Positions 47,803 through 56,662 of a DNA stretch of 64,000 nucleotides are shown here, one piece after another; the stretch's first letter is position 1; each line of letters starts with the position of its first letter. The notes beneath the pieces are model-generated. The model had not been told where the DNA came from. It saw only the letters and a list, made by a program, of their open reading frames with translations, and searched no databases. The translations under genes were made by a program, and so were the position numbers. The stretch is from the NCBI GenBank assembly GCA_965221165.1, contig CBDCRP010000002.1, positions 704,001 to 768,000 of the forward strand, given 5' to 3'. Source of the DNA: a bacterium (GTDB lineage: Bacteria > UBA8248).

Positions 47803-48746
47803 ATGAGCAAGGATTCGGAGCGATTCCAGGTCTGGCTCGACGGCGGCATGGTCGCGCCCGAGGACGCCAAGGTGAGCGTCCTCACCGCCACCGCCATGCG
47901 CGGAGCGAACGTCTACGAGGGTTTGCGGGCCTATTGGGACGAGGTGCGGGACAACCTCTTCGTCTGGAAGCTGGATCAGCACCTCGAGCGCCTGTTCGTC
48001 AACATGAAGATCATGCGGATGACGTCCCCCTACGGTTTCGACGAGTACCGGCAGGCGGTCCTCGACTGGGCGCGCGCGAAACGGTTCTGGGAGGACGTCC
48101 ACATGCGTCTGGTGACGTACTTCGGATTCGGCGTTGCCGGGGACGTCAAGAAGTACCGGCCGGAGGAGATCGAGATCGGTGCGTGGGTGGCGGGGGGGGG
48201 GGCCGCCCCCACGACGACGCCCTCCGGCACGGCATTCACGTCTGCGTCAGCAGTTGGCGGCGCATCCACGACGATTCGATTCCGGCCCGGGTGAAGGTCG
48301 GGTCCAACTACCAGAACAGCCGCCTCGCCGGGGTGGAGGCGCGCGTCAACGGCTACGACGACGCCCTCATCCTCAACCGGGACGGCAAGCTCGCCGAGGC
48401 GTCGGGCGCGAACGTGATGCTGGTACGCGACGGGCAGTTGATCACGCCTTCCGTGACGGCGGGAATTCTGGAAGGGATCACCCGCGCCACCTTGATGGGG
48501 CTCTTCGCGAAGGTCCGAAACCGCCCGGCGGTGGAGCGGGAGGTGGACCGCACCGAGCTCTATCTCGCGGACGAGATCCTGATCTGCGGCTCGGCGGAGG
48601 AAGTGACGCCCGTCGTCTCGGTGGACCGGATCCCGGTCGGCGATGGGAAGCCCGGCCCCCTCACCCGGGAGCTTCAGGAAGCGTTCTTCCGCGCCACCCG
48701 CGGCAAGGACCCGGATTTCGCCGACGTTCTCACCCCGATCTACTGA
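47803..48746 (+). pseudogene. Class IV PLP aminotransferase (IlvE-like), frameshifted at a G11 tract
   Basis: N-terminal VYEGLRAY...HLERL in one frame; C-terminal RVKVGSNY, EASGAN, ILEGITR in another; the frame switches at G11 (48192-48202). Confidence 0.85.
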
Positions 48747-48773
48747 CGCCCCTGCGGAAGCGTCTCGTCTCGC

Positions 48774-48846
48774 GCAGGGACAGGCCTCCAGCCTGTCCTG
48801 ACGAAGGACAACCACGGAGGGCAGGACAATCCCGAGGAGGGGCTAC
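48774..48846. repeat. REP/REPIN-like palindromic element
   Basis: GCAGGGACAGGC-ctcca-GCCTGTCC...GGACAACCACGGAGGG...GGGGCTAC resembles GTAG-family REP doublets; single copy in the window. Confidence 0.4.
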
Positions 48847-49626
48847 AAAACCATCGCGCCCGTACGTGCGGGAAGCGAAACCCGAACGGGTCCGTGAGGG
48901 CCAGCGCACGTCCCGGCCCTCAGCGAGACCTGAGCTATCTAATTCTGTGGGTCTGTGGGCCCAGCCCCAGTCTAGCAGGACGCGAACGGCCCGCCAACGG
49001 GGTGGCCTCGCCCAGGCGGCGCGGAAGATGACGGTGCCGGCGGGATAAGCCACGCTTGGAGAAGGAAACGTCCACGTCGTTTACCCCCGATTATCCTTGG
49101 TCATTTCTATCAAATATACTTATCACTACTGACAGGATCGGTCAACCGCCGGGTTGCCTGTAAAGGAAAGAGTGGGCGCCCGTTCAATCATGCTCGATGG
49201 CGCAAAACCCGCATTCGCATGGAACCTGCATGCTTCGCGCTGCGATGCGGCAGGAAAAACACGGGGTTTCCCCCGCGAAGGCCGAACGCGCCAGGGAGAG
49301 GAGCGAAGCGCTACGGAAAAGGGGGGGAACCGGGGGCGGAAGAGGAGGGAGCGCAATCGCAGGCGCGTTGCCGGGGAGCCGGATTCCGGACCATGCGCCG
49401 ACGACGTAAACGACGTCGCCTCGCCCGGATGTGAAGTCGCCGGGCGGGCGCGTCCACCCCATCGGCGATCGACAGGAACCCCCCGGGATACGCAGGCGTT
49501 GTAACGAACCTGCTTTCGGCTTGATTACGGATCGGGGAAGGCGAATTTTATCAGAAACAGATATCTCATTTAATATCAACAAGATAAATGGATTTTACCA
49601 TTGCCGGGAACGGCTTGAAAAATCTG

Positions 49627-49814
49627 ATTTACCGAAAAACCCCGGAAATTTATCTAATTTTATGGAATTTAGAGACATAAGCAGTTCCCATTCGACATGA
49701 AATCCCGCTATCATATTGATATTATTATGAATATCCACTATTCCCAATCTCGCTTAGAACCCTCCTCATATGGTATGTAATCAAAACGAAAGCGGATTCA
49801 TTAAAACTCCTGCG
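49627..49814 (+). repeat. 188-bp AT-rich direct repeat, copy 2
   Basis: Matches 41600-41787 at offset 8027; the last ~100 bp are identical. Confidence 0.95.
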
Positions 49815-50090
49815 CATCCTGGCGGGTCGGTGTCAGAGCATTGTGCGGTTCTCCCCAAAAACCCGGCTCACGACAGCTTGCCTAAAGTCATGCTCCGGCG
49901 TCCCATGGCGGGCCCGATTCGCACCCGCGAGGCAGCCTACCACGGCGGCGATGCTCTTCCGACCGGCGCGCGATGCGCTACTCCATTATCGGAGCCACCG
50001 GGCGGCAAGCCGAGGTTGCCGCGACGGTGGAATATGCCGAGCGCACGTCCGGCTGGGGCCCGTCTCGCCCGGACGGGGAAGGAGACCGCA

Positions 50091-50598
50091 ATGACGGATC
50101 AAGGCTTGATGGGGGGTGGACTGGGAAGAGCGGATCGACTTCGGCCGGCTGCGGCAGGAGCGGCTGCAGAAGGCCAAGGATGCCCTCGCGAACTCGGACG
50201 TGGACGCGCTCTTCGTCTTCCGCACCGAGGACTGCCGCTACCTGATCAGCTTCCGCTCGCACCTGCATCCCACGGCCTCGCTCGGGATGGCGGTGTGCGT
50301 CCTCGTCGACGGGGGGGAGCCCTACGTGCTCGACAGCCTGGGCCACGGCTCGGGCACCAACCCCTGGGAGCTCCCCTACTTCAGCCCCGCGACCTACGAC
50401 GAGCCCATGGCGCTCGTGGCGGGCATGACCTTCAACCTGGAGCCCTACGCGGGCAAGCCCGGCGTGGGCGGCTTCCGACTGGAGAACAACGTGGTCGTCA
50501 CGGAAAACGGCCCGGACGTCTACACGCCCTTCCCCTACGACGAGCGCCTCGTCACCGACGTCCATGAGCTGGATACGACCACGGGCAGGACGCGGTAG
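50091..50598 (+). pseudogene. M24 (Xaa-Pro peptidase/creatinase) family pseudogene
   Basis: MTDQGLMG / VDWEERIDFGRLRQERL N-terminus with a +1 G at 50111-50116, joined directly to C-terminal GHG...FNLEPY...GFRLENNVVVTENG; the middle of the protein is missing. Confidence 0.75.
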
Positions 50599-50609
50599 GC
50601 CAGTCAAAT

Positions 50610-50661
50610 CACGCTTGAAGGAAAAGTCCCGGCGCTCGCCGGGGCTTTTCCTTCAAGCGTG
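50610..50661. terminator. Long hairpin (24-bp stem)
   Basis: CACGCTTGAAGGAAAAGTCCCGGC-gctc-GCCGGGGCTTTTCCTTCAAGCGTG, with one G-T pair. Confidence 0.7.
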
Positions 50662-51053
50662 GACCGTCCCAAGTAGAGGGTGCGCCCCGGCCGCCGGGAA
50701 GGCTGCCATAAATTGATTCACCTCTTGCGGTGAGGTTTCCACGGCAAAAAAACGTGAGCTTTACATATCTAAACCAATCTGATAAAAAGGTGTAATAAAC
50801 ACAAAATCTGGTGGATAGCGCGATGAAACATGAGTGCTTTCGTACGGGTGCCTGACGAGTTTATTATCGCCAAAAGGGTGGCGTCCATCTCCTATTTCGA
50901 GTTCTCTAATATCAAGACGCATCTCTGACGGCGAGAGCCATCGGAACGCCGATGGAATTTTCTGATTCCCCCTGTAGAGATCCGCGGCTCTCTTGAGGCC
51001 GCTATACGCTAGGCATTTGGTCTGCCGATTCATCGTGAGGGGAGGGTTCCAGG

Positions 51054-53147
51054 TTGTTGCGAATCGGGATCGACATCGGCGGGACTTTTACCGATCTGGC
51101 CTTTTTCGATGAGGATACGGGTGAAGCTTACGTCGGCAAGGTTCTCACGACGCCCGCGGATCCTTCAATAGGGGCGATGGAGAGTTTGAAAAAGGAATTC
51201 TCGACCCGAAAGATAGCCGAAAAAGGTGTACGGCATCTTGTGCACGGGACGACTCTCGTGGCCAACGCCATTATCGAGCGCAAGGGCGCCAAGACGGCGC
51301 TTCTCACGACAAAAGGATTTGAAGGTATCCTGGAAATGAGGCGCGAACTCAGGTATGACCTCTACGACTTGTTTTCCGAAATGCCGGCTCCGCTGGTATC
51401 CGGCTCCCATCGAAAAGGGGTGAACGAGAGAATCGCAGCGGACGGCTCGGTGGTCACCCCCATAGACCTTGATGAGGTCGCATCCCTTGTCACGCAGCTC
51501 AAGGCGGAAAGCGTCGAGGCCATCGCCGTTTCGCTTCTCCATTCATTCTCCAACCCTTCCCATGAACGAAGTTTGAAAGCTTTGATCGAGGAGGTTGCCC
51601 CTGACCTTTTCGTTTCGATCTCCTCTGACGTGAACCCCGAGATCAGAGAATTCGAGCGCACTTCAACGACCGTGGCGAATGTTTTCGTCAAGCCGCTCAT
51701 GAAGCAATACCTCTTGAGGTTTCAGGAGGAGCTCGCTCGCTTGGGGTTGGAGGATCTCCTGTTCGTGGTGCTCTCGAGCGGCGGGGTGGCGACCTGCCGC
51801 GTCGCCGAGGAATATCCGATTCGTGTCATAGAATCTGGCCCCGCCGCAGGGGCCATCGCGGCGGCATGGTGGGGTAAGCTTCTTTCGAAAGAAAACCTCA
51901 TCTCCTTTGATATGGGAGGTACTACGGCGAAGGCTTGTTTTATTCACGACTCCAAACCGCTCACCACGAACGCCGCTGAGGTGGCGAGAATCTACCGGTT
52001 CAAGAAGGGTAGTGGAATAGCGCTGCGGGTTCCTGGAATCGATCTAATCGAAATCGGTGCGGGGGGCGGGAGCATCGCTTCGGTGGACAAGATGGGCCTT
52101 TTGAAGGTGGGTCCCGAGAGCGCAGGGGCCGACCCCGGCCCCGCCTGCTACGGCAGGGGCGGGGAGGAGCCCACCGTGACCGACGCCGATCTCGTGCTGG
52201 GATACCTGAACCCCGACTACTTCCTCGGCGGTGAGATGAAACTAGACGTGAAGCGGGCCCAGGAGGCGATACGAAAGAAGGTGGCCGAGCCGCTCGGACT
52301 CGACCTGGCGATGGCCGCATGGGGAATCCACCAGATCGTCAACGAAAACATGGTGAACGCTGTCCGGGTTCACGCGGCGGAGAAGGGGATAGACTCCCGG
52401 CGGCACGATTTCATCGCCTTCGGCGGCGCCGGTCCCATACACGCGAATCGGGTTGCCGAGAGTCTTGCCCTGAAGACCGTGATCTGCCCTTTCTCTGCGG
52501 GCGTGATGTCCGCTCTAGGCCTTCTGGTCGCTCCCTTCGCGTTCCACCTCGTGCGAACGTACCGAGTAAGGCTGAATTCTTTGATCACAAGGGCAATTGA
52601 GGAGAACTACCTTGAGATGGAGGAGGAGGCCCGAAGTCTCATGGCTCAGGCTCGACTCGATGGGGAGCAGATAAAGTTCAACAGGTCCGCCGACATGAGA
52701 TATCAGGGTCAGAACTACGACATCAATGTGCCACTTGAGGGAGCTGGTCTGCGAGATTGGACGGCCGAGCTCCTGCGAGGGTGCTTTGAGCGAGAATATC
52801 GGCGCCTCTACCAACGCCACAATCCGGATATCGAAGTGGAGGTGTTGAACTGGAGGTTGGAGGCCATCGCACGGGAATCCGCGGCGCCGTTCAAACGGAT
52901 CGAGCCAAAGGCCGGGCGATCGGAGAGCGCCATTAAAGGAGAGCGGAAGGTGTATTTTCCCGAGCTCGGTGGATTTGTGGCCACGAAGGTTTACGATCGC
53001 TACTCGCTTTTTCCGGGGGCGGAGATGGGGGGGCCGGCGATCGTGGAGGAGCGCGAATCCACGGTAGTCGCCGGGCCAAACTCTCTCGTTAAGATCGACG
53101 ATCACCTGAATCTCGTGCTGACCCTGGGCGGGCGAGGAGACGCCTGA
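51054..53147 (+). CDS. Hydantoinase A/oxoprolinase subunit (copy 2)
   Basis: GIDIGGTFTD, HGTTLVANA, ESGPAAG, FDMGGTTAK, IGAGGGSIA. Confidence 0.93.
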   Translation: MLRIGIDIGGTFTDLAFFDEDTGEAYVGKVLTTPADPSIGAMESLKKEFSTRKIAEKGVRHLVHGTTLVANAIIERKGAKTALLTTKGFEGILEMRRELRYDLYDLFSEMPAPLVSGSHRKGVNERIAADGSVVTPIDLDEVASLVTQLKAESVEAIAVSLLHSFSNPSHERSLKALIEEVAPDLFVSISSDVNPEIREFERTSTTVANVFVKPLMKQYLLRFQEELARLGLEDLLFVVLSSGGVATCRVAEEYPIRVIESGPAAGAIAAAWWGKLLSKENLISFDMGGTTAKACFIHDSKPLTTNAAEVARIYRFKKGSGIALRVPGIDLIEIGAGGGSIASVDKMGLLKVGPESAGADPGPACYGRGGEEPTVTDADLVLGYLNPDYFLGGEMKLDVKRAQEAIRKKVAEPLGLDLAMAAWGIHQIVNENMVNAVRVHAAEKGIDSRRHDFIAFGGAGPIHANRVAESLALKTVICPFSAGVMSALGLLVAPFAFHLVRTYRVRLNSLITRAIEENYLEMEEEARSLMAQARLDGEQIKFNRSADMRYQGQNYDINVPLEGAGLRDWTAELLRGCFEREYRRLYQRHNPDIEVEVLNWRLEAIARESAAPFKRIEPKAGRSESAIKGERKVYFPELGGFVATKVYDRYSLFPGAEMGGPAIVEERESTVVAGPNSLVKIDDHLNLVLTLGGRGDA

Positions 53148-53149
53148 AC

Positions 53150-54862
53150 ATGATGGACCCGATTCTTCTGGAAGTGTTTTGGAACAGGTTGACCTCCATC
53201 GCGCATGAGGCCGCTGTCGCCCTCATGCGCGCTTCGTTCTCTTCCGTTTTGAGCGAGGCGGGGGATATATCCTTCGGGATATTCGATCCGGAAGGCAACA
53301 TGATGGCGCAGGCGGAGATCGGAACTCCTGGCCACATCTATTCCATCGCCACGGGGGTGAAGCAATTCTTGAAGAAATTCCCCGCGCACGCGCTTGAGCC
53401 TGGCGATTCCCTCATCGGCAACGACCCCTGGCTCTTCTCCGGACACAAAATCGATCTGACGGTCGCCACCCCGATCTTTTCCGACGGAAAGCTGGCGAGC
53501 TTTTTCGCGAGCACCTGCCACGTGATGGACATGGGAGGGCGGGGATGGTCGGCCGATTCGACCGACCTTTTCGAGGAAGGCTTGGAAATTCCTCTGATGA
53601 AAATCTACAAGAGGGGAGAACCGAACCAAGAGCTATTCGAAATCATCGCTGACAACGTGCGGGAGCCGGACTCGGTAATCGGGGACATCAGGGCTCAAGT
53701 TTCCGCGAACGAGATTGCCGGTGAGATGATACGGGAATTCATGAGGGTCTACGGGCTGGAAAGCTTGATGCCGCTGTCCAAGGCCATGCGGGGAAAATCC
53801 GAGGAGCGGATGCGTCAGGCGATTAAGGCCATTCCGAATGGAAGCTACTCGGGGGAAGCTTCTTTCGATGGGTTCGAGGAAATCTTGAAGATCGCCCTGC
53901 AGGTGACGATCGAGGATGACGGAATCCTTGTCGACTTCTCGGGGACCTCCCCTCAGATAGGGCGGGCCCTGAACTCCACCTACCAGTGGACCTGCGGCTA
54001 CACGGTGTATCCCCTCAAGTGCATGATTTGCCCCGATGTCCCGAACAACGAGGGCACGCTCCGGCCGATCAGGATCACTGCTCCGGAAGGCTGTATCCTC
54101 AACGCGCGCCGCCCTGCTCCCGTGGGCGCCCGGCAGATCACGGGAATGTTCATCTCACCCGCATTGCTTCAAGCACTTTCCAATGTGATACCCGACAAGG
54201 TGATCGCCGACAGTGGGGTGCACTCGGCGCTACAGTTCCGAGGGACCAAAGGAAACGGCGATTCCTGGAGCTCCGTTTTCTTCTCCACGCCGGGCATGGG
54301 AGCGAGGCCAACGAAGGATGGCTTTTCGACCGTGGGCTATCCGGTGAACATATCCAATACCCCATTGGAGATCATCGAGGCCGACTCTCCGCTGTTTTTC
54401 CTGGAGAGGTCCTTGGTTTGTGACTCCGGTGGAGCCGGGAAGTTCAGAGGCGGTGTCGGCCAGCGTCAGCGGATCAAGCTGGCGGGCGAGGGAAGCTGGG
54501 AGTTTGCCCCCATGATCGACCGCGTCCGTGTACCGGCGAAAGGCTTCTTCGGCGGGCTTAGTGGCTCTCCCGCGGACGTTGTGGTGAACGATGAGCGTCG
54601 GCCCCATCCGAAAACCAAATTCAACCTCGAGAAAGATGATGTCCTGACTATCCAGTTGGCGGGCGGTGGAGGTTTCTACTCTCCCCTCGAGCGTGACCCC
54701 GAGCTCGTCCTTTCGGACGTGCTCAATGGGTACATTTCGTCCGAGGCGGCGCGAATAATATACGGTGTCGCCCTTGACTCGAATGGCAAGAAAGTAGACA
54801 ATAAACTCACAAAACAAATCAGATCCAATAGCCTCGCCTCGAAAGCAGAGGCGCCTGACTGA
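53150..54862 (+). CDS. Hydantoinase B/oxoprolinase subunit (copy 2)
   Basis: DPILLEVFWNRL, NDPW..SGH..D, HVMDMGG, DSGGAGKFRGG, GGGGF. Confidence 0.92.
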   Translation: MMDPILLEVFWNRLTSIAHEAAVALMRASFSSVLSEAGDISFGIFDPEGNMMAQAEIGTPGHIYSIATGVKQFLKKFPAHALEPGDSLIGNDPWLFSGHKIDLTVATPIFSDGKLASFFASTCHVMDMGGRGWSADSTDLFEEGLEIPLMKIYKRGEPNQELFEIIADNVREPDSVIGDIRAQVSANEIAGEMIREFMRVYGLESLMPLSKAMRGKSEERMRQAIKAIPNGSYSGEASFDGFEEILKIALQVTIEDDGILVDFSGTSPQIGRALNSTYQWTCGYTVYPLKCMICPDVPNNEGTLRPIRITAPEGCILNARRPAPVGARQITGMFISPALLQALSNVIPDKVIADSGVHSALQFRGTKGNGDSWSSVFFSTPGMGARPTKDGFSTVGYPVNISNTPLEIIEADSPLFFLERSLVCDSGGAGKFRGGVGQRQRIKLAGEGSWEFAPMIDRVRVPAKGFFGGLSGSPADVVVNDERRPHPKTKFNLEKDDVLTIQLAGGGGFYSPLERDPELVLSDVLNGYISSEAARIIYGVALDSNGKKVDNKLTKQIRSNSLASKAEAPD

Positions 54863-54979
54863 GTAGATGTGGATTTGCTCTTCGTAGTTGCGGTGGGTGC
54901 GGTGCTTCCGGAGATTTTATAAGGCTGCGCTGGGGAGGATCTTCCCCATCTCGTTTCCATCAATGGAGGAGGAAAGGTC

Positions 54980-56446
54980 ATGTGGCGGAAGAAAGTCATC
55001 ATGCTGGGCCTGTTTGCTGCAATGGGCGTAGTTTGGTCAGTCGCTCCGGGATACGCAGCCATGATTCCCGGGAGCACCCCGGAGGAGAGGGCGATCAATG
55101 GGGCAAAAGCCTACATGAAGGAGAAAGGCCTCAAGAACCTCACGATGAACGTATTGATCAACACGCTCCAGGCGCGGGCCCTGCGCCACGTAGGGCCCGA
55201 GTTCGAGAAGGCGACGGGGATCAAGCTTAAATTGATCGAGATGGGCTATACGGATATGACGCAAAAGGTGCTGGCGGAGGCCGTCGCCAAATCGGGGGCC
55301 TACCACGTGATCATGCACTTTGCCGACTCGATCCCCGACGGTGTAGAGTCGGGCGTGCTGATTCCGTTTGACCCGTTTATTGAGAGATACAAGCCGGACG
55401 TTGAGGGATTCTTGAAGTTCATCGACATGGCGAAATACAAGGGCAAGACCTACGCCTTCCCGGGGGATGGATCGGCGTTCGGCCTCTGGGCGCGGAAGGA
55501 CCTTCTCGAGAACCCGAAAGAGAAGGCGAACTACAAGGCGAAGTATGGCTACGAGTTGGGCTGCCCCGAAACCTGGGGACGGCTCCGGGACATCGCCGAG
55601 TTTTTCACGAGAGACACGAATGGCGACGGCAAGATAGACCTTTATGGGTACCATGGCTACCGGGCGCGCAATTTCGCCTCCAAATGGTGGCTCCAACGTT
55701 TTCTTTCGATGGGGAAGCTTCCCTTCGATGAGAACATGAACCCCCTGATCGACGGGCCGGAGGGGGTGCATGCCACCAAACAATTCGTCGCGGTGCACAA
55801 GTTCATGCACCCGGACGTCTTGGGGTGGGGCACGGCCCAGCATTATCCCTTCTGGGGGTCAGGCAAGGTGGCCACCTTCCTCGCATGGGGTTCGGCGATG
55901 TCCTACGCGCGCAACCCGGCGCGAAAGCCGCCGATGAGAGACAAGGTCATGGCGTGCATTATCCCGGGCTCCAGGTTCAGCGGGCGGCTCATCCGCTGGT
56001 CGGTTCACGTGAACGGCCCCCTGTGGATGGTGAGCCGGTATGCTCCCCATCCGGAGTTGGCCTACACCCTCGCCCAGTGGATCTCCTCGCCGAAGTCGAG
56101 CGCCAAATTCGTCGCATTCCCGCGCGGGGTCTCCAAACCCTACCGAAAGACCCACGGGGCGGATCCGGGTATCCAGAATACGTACGGGAAGAGCTTCCTC
56201 GAGGTGAACGAAAAGCATCTCCAAACCCTCACGCCCACGATTCATCTCGTTGCCTTCCAGGAGTATATGGACGCCCTGGACACGCGCGTCCTGGACGTAA
56301 TCCTGGGCAAGACCAGCGCCGAGGAGGCGATGAAGCGCGCCAAGGCGGACTGGAACCGGATCACGAACGACGTCGGGAGGAACAATCAGATCGAGGCCTG
56401 GAAGACGCAGATCCCGCTCTACCCGAAGATAGACGCGCCCAAGTAG
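54980..56446 (+). CDS. Sugar-type (CUT1) ABC substrate-binding protein
   Basis: Signal peptide; FEKATGIKL, YAFPGDG, RKDLLENP, PETW..LRDIAEFF. Confidence 0.82.
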   Translation: MWRKKVIMLGLFAAMGVVWSVAPGYAAMIPGSTPEERAINGAKAYMKEKGLKNLTMNVLINTLQARALRHVGPEFEKATGIKLKLIEMGYTDMTQKVLAEAVAKSGAYHVIMHFADSIPDGVESGVLIPFDPFIERYKPDVEGFLKFIDMAKYKGKTYAFPGDGSAFGLWARKDLLENPKEKANYKAKYGYELGCPETWGRLRDIAEFFTRDTNGDGKIDLYGYHGYRARNFASKWWLQRFLSMGKLPFDENMNPLIDGPEGVHATKQFVAVHKFMHPDVLGWGTAQHYPFWGSGKVATFLAWGSAMSYARNPARKPPMRDKVMACIIPGSRFSGRLIRWSVHVNGPLWMVSRYAPHPELAYTLAQWISSPKSSAKFVAFPRGVSKPYRKTHGADPGIQNTYGKSFLEVNEKHLQTLTPTIHLVAFQEYMDALDTRVLDVILGKTSAEEAMKRAKADWNRITNDVGRNNQIEAWKTQIPLYPKIDAPK

Positions 56447-56662
56447 AAATTGGCGGCGCAGGTTACCTCGCGCGGGGGAGGATCGCCGAAGCTTATTTCG
56501 AGAGGGCGCGTCTCCCCCCTGCGTGAGGTGCCGTAACGCCCGGGCCTCCGCGGGTTGGAAGCTATTGTCTGCGGCGCGGACCGGCGAGAGACCGGCATAA
56601 TATTGCCTCTTGTATTTCGGGAGCTTAGCCGAGGGGGTGGAATCCACGTCGGAGGTGAGGTT

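Noticed and set aside
45828-47897. 689-aa antisense ORF and similar long shadow ORFs (43895-45163, 55859-56959, 60359-61387, 29468-30424)
   Set aside because: They lie opposite well-supported genes in GC-rich DNA and have no recognisable motifs.
48930-49053. Possible IS end or transposase tail (GAGCTATCTAATTCTGTGG)
   Set aside because: No partner inverted repeat or recognisable transposase motif in the window.
41600-49814. CRISPR array at the 188-bp repeats
   Set aside because: Only two long copies 8 kb apart, no repeat-spacer periodicity and no cas genes; kept only as a leader hypothesis.
51010-51026. Sigma54-like GG-N10-GC upstream of hydantoinase A copy 2
   Set aside because: AGGCATTTGGTCTGC deviates from TGGCAC...TTGC at key positions, and no activator gene is nearby.
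50761-51033. 90-aa minus-strand ORF
   Set aside because: No motif; it occupies the probable promoter region of the hydantoinase operon.
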